A stretch of 64,000 nucleotides of DNA from Candidatus Dormiibacterota bacterium (GCA_963718525.1 OY970355.1:544001-608000); one strand, 5' to 3'. Positions 37,839 through 48,628 are shown, numbered from the stretch's first letter. The notes: generated by a model not told the origin, from the sequence alone. A program made the numbers and translations.

Positions 37839-40568
37839 ATGCTGCTCGGGCGTGAGCGAGAGCGCGCGGCGATCGACGGCCTGCTGGCCACCATCCGCTC
37901 GGGCCGGAGTGCGGTGCTCGCGCTCGTCGGTGAGGCCGGGATTGGGAAAACTTCGATCCTTACCTACGCGGAGGAGGAGGCCACCGGGCTTGCTCTGCTG
38001 CGGGCCCGCGGTGTCGAGTTCGAGATGCAGCTCCCGTTCGCCGGCCTGTACGAGATGCTCCGTCCAGCGCTGCATCTGCTTGGCCGCATTCCGGCGCCGC
38101 GCGCAGCAGCACTCGAGGTTGCGCTCGCACTCCGGCCCAATGTGTCCGGTGGCGATCGATTCGCCGTCGGTGCAGCGACACTGAGCCTGCTCGCCGCCTA
38201 CGCAGAGGAGGCGCCAACGCTCCTGCTCATCGATGACGCCCATCTTCTGGATGCGTCGTCCGCCGAGGCCATCCGTTTCGCGTTGCGCCGGATGCTCGCG
38301 GAGCCGCTCGGGGCGGTTCTTGCAGTGCGTGAGGATGAGCCGTCGTTGCTGGACGATGCAGATCTGCCGACACTCCATGTCGTTGGGCTCGACCGCGCCG
38401 CAGCAACCGGCCTCCTCGGCGGCGTTCCTTCCGAGACGGCCGACCGGTTGTATCTCGCGACCGCTGGGAACCCCCTCGCACTGACCGAGCTGGCAAGGGA
38501 CACGTCGAGACTGGCAACGCTCGCCATCGACGCACCCATTCCCGTCCCGGCCAAGGTCACACGTGCTTTCGCCCGACGAGCTGCGCTGCTTGATGCTTCA
38601 GCGCAACGATTGCTGGCGCTTGCCACCGTCGACGAGTTTGCGGATCTTACGACGATCGACCGAGCCGCGCGATTGCTTGATCTCGATGCTGGGGGTCTTG
38701 CCGCTGCGGAGAAGGCTGGCCTTGTGCGGATTGTGAGCGGACGCGTTGAGTTTCGGCACGCGTTGGCACGAGCCGCGATTTATGGCGCATCACCGCCCGA
38801 ATACCGGCGCGAGGCACATCGGGCGCTGGCCCGTGCGCTCCCGGACCGCGATGTCGACCGGCGTGCCTGGCATCTGGGAGCCGCGGCAACCGGAACCGAC
38901 GCCACTGCGTCCGCAGCCCTCGAGCAGGCGGGATTGCGCGCACGACAGCGGAGCGCGTATGCCGTGTCGAGCGCGGCATTTGAACGGGCCGCACGGCTCG
39001 CTCCTAACGATGAGGGTCAGGCCCGCCTGCTCGCGGCGGCCGCTGAGACGACGTGGCTGGCAGGGTTCGCCGACCGGGCAATCGTGCTCCTGCAGGAGTC
39101 GCGCGCACTTGCCATGGAGACCGACCTGCTCGTGCAAATCGACCGGCTGCGCGGGCAAATCGCCGCGCGACGAGGTCCGGTCATGGAGGGCCATGCCATC
39201 CTCGTTGCCGCCGCGGACCGCGTGGCAACGGCGGCTCCTGACCTCGCCATCGGGTTACTCGCAGATGCGGTGGATGCGGCCTTTTATGCTGGCGACGTTG
39301 CCGCAATGGCGGGAAGCGCCCGGCGGATGACCGAGTTGTTGAGTCCAGCCGCGTCGACGCGATCACGGTTCCTCGCAGCCGCGACCACCGGCATGGCAAT
39401 GGTCTTCACCCGTGGCGCTCGCCTGGGCATCGAGTTGATGCGCACTGCGAAGACGCTCCTCGACCAGGATGACCATCTGCGCCACGACACGGATCTGCTC
39501 CCGTGGATCGTCATGGTGCCTCTGTATCTCCGCGAATCCGGCTCGGCTCGCTCGTTGGTTGATGAAGCAATCGACACGGCCCGAGCTCGCGCGGCACTCG
39601 GCATTCTGCCGTGGCTGCTCAATCGTGTGGCCCGCGACCACGCAGGAGCCGTCGAGTGGAGTTGCGCGAGTGTTGAATACGACGAGGCGGTGCGGCTCGC
39701 TCACGAGACCGGTCAACGCACCGAACTCGGTGCAGCGCTCGCCGGCTGGGCGTGGCTCGAGGCCCGCCAGGGGCGCGAGGCTGATTGTCGCGCACACGCC
39801 GCCGAGGCGCTAACGCTCTGCGCGGAGCTCGGGACGCACCTCTTTGAGATCTGGGCGATCCGCGCATTGGGCGAACTCGAGCTGGGGCTGGGTCGAGCCT
39901 CAGCCGCGATCGAACATCTCGAGGACGGCAATGCGCGGCTCGAGGCACACGGCATCGAGGACGTGGATCTCGTGCCGAATGCCGAGCTGATTGACGCATA
40001 CCTCCGCGTGGGTCGACGGGCGGATGCCGAGCAGCTGGTACAGGAACTCGACCTTGAAGCGACCCGGAAAGGGCAGCCATGGTCGCTGGCTCGCGCAGCC
40101 CGGTGTCGCGGCCTTGTCGCGACGGACGACGAGTTTGAGCACCACTTCGACAACGCCGTGAAGCTGCATGTGCAAACGCCCGATGTTTTCGAGCTTGGCA
40201 TTACACGGTTTGCGTACGGCGGCCGACTTCGGCGCCAGCGCCAACGGACACGCGCTCGCGACGAGCTCCGAATGGCACTCGAGATTTTTGAAGGACTTGG
40301 AGCTCAGCCGTGGGCCGAGATGACACGCGGCGAACTCCTCGCCACCGGTGAAACCGCGCGGCGGCGAGACGCGTCCGCCACGGATACGCTCACGCGCCAG
40401 GAGCTCCGTATCGCACAGATCCTCGCGACCGGTAGGACGACACGGGAAACTGCTGCCGCCCTCTTCCTGAGTCCGAAGACGATTGAGTATCACCTGCGCA
40501 GCATTTACGGGAAGCTGGGCATTAGTTCACGGGGCGAGTTGGCTTCAGCCATCGAATCACGGGACTGA
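37839..40568 (+). CDS. LAL-family regulator (AAA/STAND ATPase plus C-terminal LuxR HTH)
   Basis: LLGRERE, GEAGIGKT, LLIDDAH, GNPLAL, FRHALAR, LTRQELRIA...LFLSPKTIEYHLRSIYGKLG. Confidence 0.93.
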   Translation: MLLGRERERAAIDGLLATIRSGRSAVLALVGEAGIGKTSILTYAEEEATGLALLRARGVEFEMQLPFAGLYEMLRPALHLLGRIPAPRAAALEVALALRPNVSGGDRFAVGAATLSLLAAYAEEAPTLLLIDDAHLLDASSAEAIRFALRRMLAEPLGAVLAVREDEPSLLDDADLPTLHVVGLDRAAATGLLGGVPSETADRLYLATAGNPLALTELARDTSRLATLAIDAPIPVPAKVTRAFARRAALLDASAQRLLALATVDEFADLTTIDRAARLLDLDAGGLAAAEKAGLVRIVSGRVEFRHALARAAIYGASPPEYRREAHRALARALPDRDVDRRAWHLGAAATGTDATASAALEQAGLRARQRSAYAVSSAAFERAARLAPNDEGQARLLAAAAETTWLAGFADRAIVLLQESRALAMETDLLVQIDRLRGQIAARRGPVMEGHAILVAAADRVATAAPDLAIGLLADAVDAAFYAGDVAAMAGSARRMTELLSPAASTRSRFLAAATTGMAMVFTRGARLGIELMRTAKTLLDQDDHLRHDTDLLPWIVMVPLYLRESGSARSLVDEAIDTARARAALGILPWLLNRVARDHAGAVEWSCASVEYDEAVRLAHETGQRTELGAALAGWAWLEARQGREADCRAHAAEALTLCAELGTHLFEIWAIRALGELELGLGRASAAIEHLEDGNARLEAHGIEDVDLVPNAELIDAYLRVGRRADAEQLVQELDLEATRKGQPWSLARAARCRGLVATDDEFEHHFDNAVKLHVQTPDVFELGITRFAYGGRLRRQRQRTRARDELRMALEIFEGLGAQPWAEMTRGELLATGETARRRDASATDTLTRQELRIAQILATGRTTRETAAALFLSPKTIEYHLRSIYGKLGISSRGELASAIESRD

Positions 40569-40808
40569 CATGCGCGGTCGCGGGAGGCAGCGGGCGCGTT
40601 GCGCGCCCCATCGCGGCGCAAGTGCCACGCCGTTGACGCTTGGCGCCTGAGTGGCCTCGACAGTCTCTCATTAGATCAAGGCAATCAGCTGTTCCCTCGA
40701 TTTCGACGCGCCACGCGCTGATGCCAAAGTATCCCTCCCACCTCCAGCGCCACGGGCTCGCTGAATTCCAGTGGGCGGCCTACTCCGCCATCTTGTTCGT
40801 CCAGTGGC

Positions 40809-42716
40809 TCAGACGTACGTGAACTTGTGACTCTTCGCCGATATTCCGCCTGGCGAGTGAACGACCACGCTCACGCTCCCTGCCGCATGTGCTGGGCTCG
40901 TCGCTGTGATCTCCGTGTCAGAGACGACGTGAAAGCTCGCCGCCTTACCCGCGAAGGTGACCAGCGTTGCCCCGGTCAAATTGCTGCCCGTGATGGTGAC
41001 GAAAGTGCCACCCGCTGCCGGACCGCTGGTCGGACTGATCGTCTTGACAATCGGGGCCGTGCCCCCGGTGGTATACGTGAACTGGTCCGACGTGCTGGTG
41101 GCGGACGTGCCGCTCCCCGTCGTCACGCGGACATCGACCGTGCCGCTGCCGGCCGGGCTGGTCGACGTTATCTCCGTGTTCGAGACAGGGGTGAATGCCG
41201 CCGCGGTGCCTCCGAATGTGACCGAAGTGGCACCGCTCAAGTTGAGCCCGCTGATGGTCACGGCGGTTCCCCCAGCCGGTGGCCCGCTACTCGGGCTGAC
41301 GCCGGAGACGACAGGAGACGTTCCGAGGGCGAGGATATAGAGGTTACCGTCGACGCCGGCGTCGAACACCTCACCGGCCGACACCGCCGGCGAGGCTGTG
41401 ATCTCGGTCGTCGTCGAACCGATGTTGAACGCCGTCAGCGATGACCCATTCGAGACCCGGTAGGCGTCGATATTGCCCCCCTTGTCAGGGCGAAGGACGA
41501 CCTGGTTCCCTGAGCCTCCGGACACCACCGGAGAGGCGCGAGAATGCGCTGGCGAGGCGGCTGTCCGCCAAATCAGCGTCGTGGTTCCGGTGCCTGTGGC
41601 CGTCGCACTTACGGCGTACACCCACTTGCAGAAGTTGAAGAGAACCATCGTGCCTACGAGCGCAGTTCCCGAGACGGGGTCGCTACTGCAATTCACCGTG
41701 CTCAGATCAAAGTCCCAATACAGCGCGCCCGTGGTGAAATCGAGCGCGTACTCGTGCTGGTCCTTGCCCATCACATAGACAGCGCCGTCGGTGATGCCAT
41801 TGCCACCGGGCAGCGAAATCGTCGGAGCTGCGCCGACATCCGAGTCAGCGCCCACCGCGGTTTGGAAACGCCACACCATGGCGCCGGTCGCAGCGTTGAG
41901 ACCGTACACGGAGTCATCCGGTTGGTTGCTGCCGAAGACCAGGAGCTGGCGCCCGAGCCTATCGGTTCCGAGCGCGGGCGACGACCAGCTTCCGCCGTCG
42001 GCGCCGTGGTTGGTGTTGTTCCAACTGTTGAACATCCAACGCTCGGTGCAAGCCGCACCCGCACTGTTGCCGACACCGTAGAGCGCCCATTCGTGACCCG
42101 CGTTTCGGGCTTCACTCTTTCCAGTGTCGCCGAAGAAGACCGTGGGACCGGTGCTGTCGATGTCCTCAACGAGCGGGGACGCCTCGATGCGACCACCGGT
42201 GTTGAAGGTGCAATCCAGTGCACCTGTCGTGGCATCGAAGGCATACAGGTTGAAGTCCTCACTCCCGAAGTACACCGTATTGTCAAATACTGTCGGCGAG
42301 GAGTACGCATCTTGGGGGAGCGGCTTCTGCCAGAGAATCGCACCCGTGGCCGCATTCACGGCTGCGACGGAGGGCGCCCCCGACGTCACAACGTAGACGA
42401 CGTTCTCGTTGAGAGTCGTGTTGTAGGCCACCGCCGGTGACGAGAGGATGAAGCCGCCGAGGGCCACCTTGTGTTTCAGGGTGAATGCGTCCCAACTCGA
42501 AGCACTGACCGTCGTGTCCGGCGACACGCTGGTATGGGTCGCGTTGTACCCAAGCATCGGGTAGTCGGTCCCCGTGCTCGCGTGCGCAACGATAGGCCGT
42601 GCAGCGCCGAGAGCCCCAACCACGACCGCGGCGACAAGCCCGAAGCCGATTATTGCGTGACGCTCTCTGGCGGGCGTGGTAAACCCAAGCGCCCCTGAAA
42701 GTGCCCCCATGCTCAT
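40809..42716 (-). CDS. Secreted PQQ-like/BamB-like beta-propeller with two C-terminal IPT/TIG domains
   Basis: Signal peptide ending AHA; repeated A(V/L)(N/D)AATG...W motifs; VSPSSGPPAGGT.VTI.G.NL twice; start at ATG 42716 after AAAGGGGG. Confidence 0.85.
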   Translation of the reverse strand: MSMGALSGALGFTTPARERHAIIGFGLVAAVVVGALGAARPIVAHASTGTDYPMLGYNATHTSVSPDTTVSASSWDAFTLKHKVALGGFILSSPAVAYNTTLNENVVYVVTSGAPSVAAVNAATGAILWQKPLPQDAYSSPTVFDNTVYFGSEDFNLYAFDATTGALDCTFNTGGRIEASPLVEDIDSTGPTVFFGDTGKSEARNAGHEWALYGVGNSAGAACTERWMFNSWNNTNHGADGGSWSSPALGTDRLGRQLLVFGSNQPDDSVYGLNAATGAMVWRFQTAVGADSDVGAAPTISLPGGNGITDGAVYVMGKDQHEYALDFTTGALYWDFDLSTVNCSSDPVSGTALVGTMVLFNFCKWVYAVSATATGTGTTTLIWRTAASPAHSRASPVVSGGSGNQVVLRPDKGGNIDAYRVSNGSSLTAFNIGSTTTEITASPAVSAGEVFDAGVDGNLYILALGTSPVVSGVSPSSGPPAGGTAVTISGLNLSGATSVTFGGTAAAFTPVSNTEITSTSPAGSGTVDVRVTTGSGTSATSTSDQFTYTTGGTAPIVKTISPTSGPAAGGTFVTITGSNLTGATLVTFAGKAASFHVVSDTEITATSPAHAAGSVSVVVHSPGGISAKSHKFTYV

Positions 42717-42901
42717 TCCCCCTTTGAACGCGTCCGACCCGAGTCCCGCGGACACCGAGGTCGCTGGCACGACTCTAGCACCCTGGGTCAGGAGACGCAA
42801 TTGGCCACATTGGTTCCTTTGCGGGGCGCTCAGGTCTATCGCTCGCGGCTCCTCGCCGGCGACCCCCCGGATGCGCTACGCTTCAGGTCGCATTTCGCGC
42901 G

Positions 42902-44254
42902 TTGGGGAGACGGAAGGGGTTGAAACCGCGTCGTACGAGCCTTATGGCAGCGATTTGGTGCGTCGCTGGGTTGCTCATTTCGTTCTCGAGTACGGCGGCG
43001 GCCTCGACGCCCGGCGACTGGAGCATGTTCCACGGCGACCCGCTGCACAGCGGCGTTTCGCCTGACACCACGATCAGCACGTCGCATTCCACGCTCGCGG
43101 TGCGGTGGTCGCACACGATCGACGGCTCGCCTATCTACGGCTCGCCCGTGGTCGTGTACAACACCGTCCTCAGCGAGAATCTCGTGTACGAGGTGAGCGT
43201 CGGCGGCACGATGGAAGCGATGGATGCGACCAGCGGTGCGCAGGTGTGGACGGCGTCTGTCGGGTCTGGAGCCGTCGACTCCCCTGCAGTCGACTCCAAC
43301 ACTCTCTACATCGGCAGTGACGGCGGCCTGCTCTCTGCGCTGGATGCAGCCACCGGAGCCGTCGACTGCACGTTCCAGCTGCCGATCCTGAGCCCGGAGA
43401 CGGCCCCGGGCCGCATCGAGTCGTCTCCGGTGGTGGGTCACGACAGCAGTGGGCCCATCGTGTATTTCGGCGACACTGGGCAGTCCGAGTCAATCAACCA
43501 CGGTCGCGAATGGGCCGTCTACGGGTTCGGCAACACCAACGGCAATTGCGTCCAAAAATGGGTGCACGACCTCGGTACCTCGTCCAAGAGCAAGCATTCC
43601 GGGACGTGGTCACCGCCGGCCCTGGTCATGGATTCGACCGGGCGCACCCTCGTTGTGTTCGGAACGGGCCAGCCCGATGACGCCGTCTACGCGCTGGACA
43701 CCGCCACCGGTGCGCAGGTCTGGCGCTTCCAGACCACCAAGAACTTCTCTGACGCGGACGTCGGCGCGGGGCCAACCATCAGCGCTCCCGGTGTCAATGG
43801 CGATGCCGATGGGCTCGTCTACATCGATGGCAAGGACCGAATCGAGTACGCCATCGACCTGCTCACGGGCACGCAGCTCTGGGACTTCGACATGGGGGCC
43901 GATGCCAACGACAGGACGAACTCCGTGTCGTGCGCTGCGCTCGTGGGGGACATCGTCGTGGTGGCGTACGCCGACTATGTCTACGAGTTCAACGCCACGA
44001 CGGGAGCGAAAATCTTCCGGTCGGTTGCCATGTCGGGAAACGTCCTGGGTTCGGTGATCGTCTCGGGGGCTCCAGGAAGCCAGGTTGTCGTCGTCGGCGA
44101 TCTGACGGGCAGGGTGTACACATTCCAGTTCAGCAACCTGCAAGATCTCGCAGCCCTGAGGTTGGCCAAGACCAAACTGGCAGCTTCCATCGCGATCTCC
44201 GACGGCATGGCCTATGTCGCCGATGAGAACGGGATCGTGTACGGCCTCGGCTGA
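42902..44254 (+). CDS. Secreted PQQ-like beta-propeller (paralog 2)
   Basis: DWSMFHGDPLHSGVSPD; repeated ALDAATG...W and SP motifs. Confidence 0.85.
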   Translation: MGRRKGLKPRRTSLMAAIWCVAGLLISFSSTAAASTPGDWSMFHGDPLHSGVSPDTTISTSHSTLAVRWSHTIDGSPIYGSPVVVYNTVLSENLVYEVSVGGTMEAMDATSGAQVWTASVGSGAVDSPAVDSNTLYIGSDGGLLSALDAATGAVDCTFQLPILSPETAPGRIESSPVVGHDSSGPIVYFGDTGQSESINHGREWAVYGFGNTNGNCVQKWVHDLGTSSKSKHSGTWSPPALVMDSTGRTLVVFGTGQPDDAVYALDTATGAQVWRFQTTKNFSDADVGAGPTISAPGVNGDADGLVYIDGKDRIEYAIDLLTGTQLWDFDMGADANDRTNSVSCAALVGDIVVVAYADYVYEFNATTGAKIFRSVAMSGNVLGSVIVSGAPGSQVVVVGDLTGRVYTFQFSNLQDLAALRLAKTKLAASIAISDGMAYVADENGIVYGLG

Positions 44255-44560
44255 CAGCGCACGCCAAGCTCCTGACCGTAGCGCCGGAGAGGTTGGTTGA
44301 CGTGTTCAGGAAGTCGAACTCCGAGCCGGCATAGCAACCGGTGACCATGGATCCCACCTCGCTTGACGGCGCTCGTCCGGTTCGAGTATCTTCCCGAGCG
44401 AAGCTGCGTGAGAGTGGGCGCAGGAGGGGAGACGAGTGACGCAAGGATGTGGTGAGCGGCTACCTGCCGCGCCCGTGGCTCCTCGGTGCCCGTGGGGGTT
44501 CCGTATCAGCCGCATCGGTTGACACTCGCTGGCGTAGCTGTTCAGAAGGGGTGACATGGC

Positions 44561-45946
44561 ATGAGGGATGCAGCAGGGACACATCAGCACGTGCCGCGGC
44601 CCGCGCAACTTGGACTCCGCCGTCGGGCGGAGGTGGCGATCCTCGTTTTGGCGTGTGCGGGGGCCGCGACGGTGTTCACTTCGCCCACTCGTGCCGTCGC
44701 CGCGCAGCCAGATGACTGGGCGATGTTCCACCGAGACCAGCTGCACCAAGGCGTCTCGCCGGACGCGAATCCAAGTGCGTCGACCGCGTCTTCATTGTCG
44801 CTCAAGTGGAAAACGGCGGTGCCTGGATCGGCAAGCGGGTTGCTGGGATCGCCTGCGGTTGTCTACAACGCGACCCTCGGAACGTATCTCGTCTATGAGG
44901 CGAGCCAGGGAACACGAGCGACAATGGTGGCGATCGACGCCGCAACCGGTGCGACCGTCTGGTCCACCAAACTCGGCGCCACAGTTCGAGACTCCGCTGC
45001 AGTATCGGGCAACACCGTCTACGTGGCGACCCATGACCAACGCCTCTACGCGATCAACGCGACGACTGGCGCGATCGTCTGTTCCTACCTGACGACGGGA
45101 CTGATCGAGGCTTCGCCGGTGGTGGGTGATGTCGACGGCACGGGTGACGTTGTCTACTTCGGTGACATCGGGCAGCGAGAGAAGGCAAACGCGGGTCACA
45201 TGTGGGCTGTCAACGGGGTGGGCAACAGCAACGGTCAGTGCACACTCAAGTGGTCCTTCAACGCGTTTGCAGTCACCGCTGGCGGGACCCGGACTGGGAG
45301 CTGGTCACCCCCGGCCCTCACCCAGGACAAGACGGGTCGGTGGCTCGTCGTCTTCGGGACGACGAATCCTGATAACGCCGTCTATGCACTTGACGCCGTT
45401 GCGGGTACCGAAGTGTGGCATTTCACTACCACAAGCGTTGGCGACTCGGATGTCGGCGCGGGCGCGACGATAAGCCCCCCGGGCGCCAACGGCTTTGCGG
45501 ATGGGGTCGTCTACATAGACGGCAAGGACCAGGTCGAATACGCGCTCGATCTGTCGACCGGCGCAAGCCTCTGGCAATTCAACCTCAAGAAGAACGCAGG
45601 GAGCGGAGCCAAGGCGATTTGCACGGCCGCACTGGTGGGCACGAACCTGATCATCACGTACAACCAGTATGTCTATGACCTCAATGCGGTCAGCGGAGCG
45701 GTGGTCTGGCGAAGCGCGGCGACAGGCACGGCAGATTTCATTGCCTCACCGGCAATCTCGGGGGCACCCGGTGATCAGGTGATCCTCGCCGGCGACCTCG
45801 CCGGAACCGAGCATGCATATGCCCTCGCCACGGGCGCAGAGGTATTCAAGTTCAAGGCATCCGCGACGATCTTCTCATCGTCCGCGATTGCGAACGGCAT
45901 GGTGTTCTTCGGATCGCTGGACGGCAGCGTCTATGCGCTGGGTTGA
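44561..45946 (+). CDS. Secreted PQQ-like beta-propeller (paralog 3)
   Basis: DWAMFHRDQLHQGVSPD; AIDAATG...W; ends VFFGSLDGSVYALG. Confidence 0.85.
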   Translation: MRDAAGTHQHVPRPAQLGLRRRAEVAILVLACAGAATVFTSPTRAVAAQPDDWAMFHRDQLHQGVSPDANPSASTASSLSLKWKTAVPGSASGLLGSPAVVYNATLGTYLVYEASQGTRATMVAIDAATGATVWSTKLGATVRDSAAVSGNTVYVATHDQRLYAINATTGAIVCSYLTTGLIEASPVVGDVDGTGDVVYFGDIGQREKANAGHMWAVNGVGNSNGQCTLKWSFNAFAVTAGGTRTGSWSPPALTQDKTGRWLVVFGTTNPDNAVYALDAVAGTEVWHFTTTSVGDSDVGAGATISPPGANGFADGVVYIDGKDQVEYALDLSTGASLWQFNLKKNAGSGAKAICTAALVGTNLIITYNQYVYDLNAVSGAVVWRSAATGTADFIASPAISGAPGDQVILAGDLAGTEHAYALATGAEVFKFKASATIFSSSAIANGMVFFGSLDGSVYALG

Positions 45947-46259
45947 TCCGTGGTCGACGTGGCTCCCATCAATCGCGCCCCGCATTGAGATACGCGGCAG
46001 GCACAGCTGGCGCGTGCTCCATTAGCCACGTCGTCGTCACCTGACGGGGGCACAATCCGGCGACTTCGCTGGTATTGGTCCGTAGCGCCCCGAAGGGATC
46101 CCTGGTCGAGCACTGTCGCGAACATCACAACACCCCGTTTGGGTGCCCGGGGCAGGTAGGCCGAGATGGGTGCCGGGCTCTCGTTCCTTAACGCCCGCTT
46201 AGTCAGCTGTCTGGTAGCGTCATGACACATCGACTGTCATCGGAGAGGAGAAGGACAGG

Positions 46260-46454
46260 GTGGCTCAGGACACCAGGACATCCGAGCTGGGAGTCAAATG
46301 TGGCTGCGGATTTGAAGTGTGGGGCACCGAAGAGGAGCTCATCCTGATGGTTCAGGAGCATGGGATCGAGGCACATAACGTGCACGTGACGTACGAGCAT
46401 GTGCTCGAGATGGTGCGTCCAGCCACGCCGGTCGCCCCCCGCTGGGTTCGGTAG
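46260..46454 (+). CDS. DUF1059-like small Cys/His metal-binding protein
   Basis: C.CGF...G.TEEELI..VQEH...AH; GGAG/AAGGA RBS-like sequence upstream. Confidence 0.7.
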   Translation: MAQDTRTSELGVKCGCGFEVWGTEEELILMVQEHGIEAHNVHVTYEHVLEMVRPATPVAPRWVR

Positions 46455-46639
46455 GTCGGCGGACGATCAGATCAGGAAAGGTTCGACGCGCAGACGGCGA
46501 CGTGACGACGCTAGGGCCCGCCCCATGCCGCGGCGTGCTGCGGGTCAGGAGATGAACGAGATTTCGACCTCCCAGAGGTAGGAGGGCGGGGCACAGACGG
46601 GCGGGCACCGCGGGGATCGAGATGCATCGATGGATGCTG

Positions 46640-47146
46640 CATATCGCTGCAACCGAGGTGTCGGCGTTGAAGCCGGGCCGCACCGCGCGAGCGCGAGCGG
46701 TGAACAGCGCTACGGCGTCACCCTGCGGCAGCGGCGGCACGGGATACTCCCACTCGGCTGTGACGCGCAGAGGGTCGCGGCTGGTCACCAGGAGCTTCAC
46801 GCCGCTGGCTTTCTCCAGCACGTGCGCAAGCTCAGTCCCGGCAGCCACAACCTGCTCGAAGTTGTCGACCAGGAACAGCATGCGTTTGCCGGCGACGCGT
46901 TCCGCCACATCGCCAATGATGCCGGCGGCCTGCGCCAGCGCTGGGGACACCAGTTGCACGTCACGCGTCGCCCTGCGTATCGACCTCGGCACCGTTGTGC
47001 TCAGCGAAGTCGGCGCGCAGGACGCGGCGATGTTCGCGCAGCACGGCTGGGTAGCCGTCGCCAAGCTCTTGCGCCAGCCGGGTCGATCCCTCGATGTCCG
47101 TGAACAGGAAGGTGACGGTGCCGGTTGGAAGGTCGCGGCGACTCAC
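46640..47146 (-). pseudogene. Decayed adenylate/guanylate cyclase-ATPase regulator remnant
   Basis: LPTGTVTFLFTDIEGSTRL...DTQGDA* is joined out of frame to LVDNFEQVV...LLVTSRDPL...VPPL...AVALF...AAIC; the Walker A region and C-terminus are missing. Confidence 0.8.
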
Positions 47147-47320
47147 GACGGGAGTTTGGCATCAAGATCCCACAGGTCGGGGCGGCTTGACCTGTTCGAG
47201 GCAATCGAGACATTCCCCTGCATTGCTACTCAATAGAAGCTAGACTGCGCCGTGCGCTCGCGGGTGGCGTGTCGTACTGAAGGGCTGGGAGATGTCCGAC
47301 CAGCGATATGGGGGAAGCAA

Positions 47321-48628
47321 ATGAAAGCCACTGGAATCATGCGGTTCGTACTGGCAGCGGGACTGCTCGCCGGTGCCGGCGTCGCTCAAAACCTCGATGT
47401 GGCCGCAGCGAGCGCGGGCGATCACGATAGGGGGGCGCTCTTCGTGTCGCCGCTCGGAGCCCCGACGAATCCGGGCGAGTCGTGCGCGACCGCCCGCTAC
47501 AAGACGATCCAGTCAGCAGTGGATGCCGCCTCGAAGTGGGCCACCGTGATCGTCTGCAAGGGCACGTACACAGAGGATGTGGTCGTGTCCTCGCCGCTCA
47601 CACTCAAAGGCCGCGACGCCACGATCAAAGGCACCGCGATGACGTCATTCATATGCGATCAACTCGGACCAACCGGTCCGGGCGTGGCTCCCTGCCTCGC
47701 CGGCGTCACCATCAGGAGCTCGCACGTCTCGATCGAAGGCTTCACCGTAACGGGCGCGATCGGTGAGGGCATCCTTGCCACGGGCACCCTGAAAGGCGGC
47801 TCGATCACCGACGTGAGCATCGAAGACAACTGGGTAGCCGGTAACAACATCGGCGGGATTCCCCCTTCTCCGAACTCGCCATATCCGCAGTGCGCGGCCA
47901 ACGGCCAGATCCCCGGCGACTGCGGTGAGGGCATCCATCTCATGGGCGTCGCTCACTCGGTGGTAGCCGGCAACCACGTCAGCGGCAACGAGGGTGGCGT
48001 CCTCCTCACGGACGAGTTTGGGCCGACGCACGGCAACGTGGTCGAAGACAACACGATCACGGCGAACCCGTTCGACTGCGGCGTGACCGTCCCTGGGCAT
48101 AACCCGTTTGCGCTCGACGCAAGCGGCAATCCGCAGCCCCTGGTCGCCGGCGTGTACAGCAACGTCATCCGTGGCAATCGCATCACAGACAACGGCTTGC
48201 TGGGAGAGGGTGCGGGTGTGCTGTTCGCCAACGCTGGCCCGGGAACCGCCTCCTACAACAACCTTGTCGTAGACAACTACATCGCCGGCAATGAGCTGTC
48301 GGGGGTGACCATGCACGCGCACACGCTTCCGCCTGGAATGTTCGAGGACCTCAACGGCAACCGCATCATCGACAACATCATCGGCCGCAACAACGTCGGC
48401 AGCCCATTTGTCCCCGGAGATCCACTCGATGGACCGCCCGCGCAGGATTTTGTGACAACCGGCATTCTGGTTTTCTCGGGCACCGTGCCGGTGCACGTGA
48501 CCATCAGCGACAACCGGATCTCCAACGATCAGTACGGCATGTGGGTAGGGATCAACGGCAACGTGACAGTGACGCGGAACGACAACTCGTTTCATAACGT
48601 CGCCAAGCATTTCTTCCTCTACAGCTGA
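47321..48628 (+). CDS. Secreted right-handed parallel beta-helix protein
   Basis: Signal peptide; YKTIQSAVDAA...VCKGTY; repeated N.I..N..G turns. Confidence 0.85.
   Translation: MKATGIMRFVLAAGLLAGAGVAQNLDVAAASAGDHDRGALFVSPLGAPTNPGESCATARYKTIQSAVDAASKWATVIVCKGTYTEDVVVSSPLTLKGRDATIKGTAMTSFICDQLGPTGPGVAPCLAGVTIRSSHVSIEGFTVTGAIGEGILATGTLKGGSITDVSIEDNWVAGNNIGGIPPSPNSPYPQCAANGQIPGDCGEGIHLMGVAHSVVAGNHVSGNEGGVLLTDEFGPTHGNVVEDNTITANPFDCGVTVPGHNPFALDASGNPQPLVAGVYSNVIRGNRITDNGLLGEGAGVLFANAGPGTASYNNLVVDNYIAGNELSGVTMHAHTLPPGMFEDLNGNRIIDNIIGRNNVGSPFVPGDPLDGPPAQDFVTTGILVFSGTVPVHVTISDNRISNDQYGMWVGINGNVTVTRNDNSFHNVAKHFFLYS

Noticed and set aside
40809-45946. PQQ-dependent alcohol/methanol dehydrogenases
   Set aside because: They are too short, show no vicinal CC or recognisable active-site motifs, and no pqq or cytochrome genes are nearby.
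45931-46230. 99-aa minus-strand ORF
   Set aside because: No motif and a weak start context; more likely the promoter region of the DUF1059-like gene.
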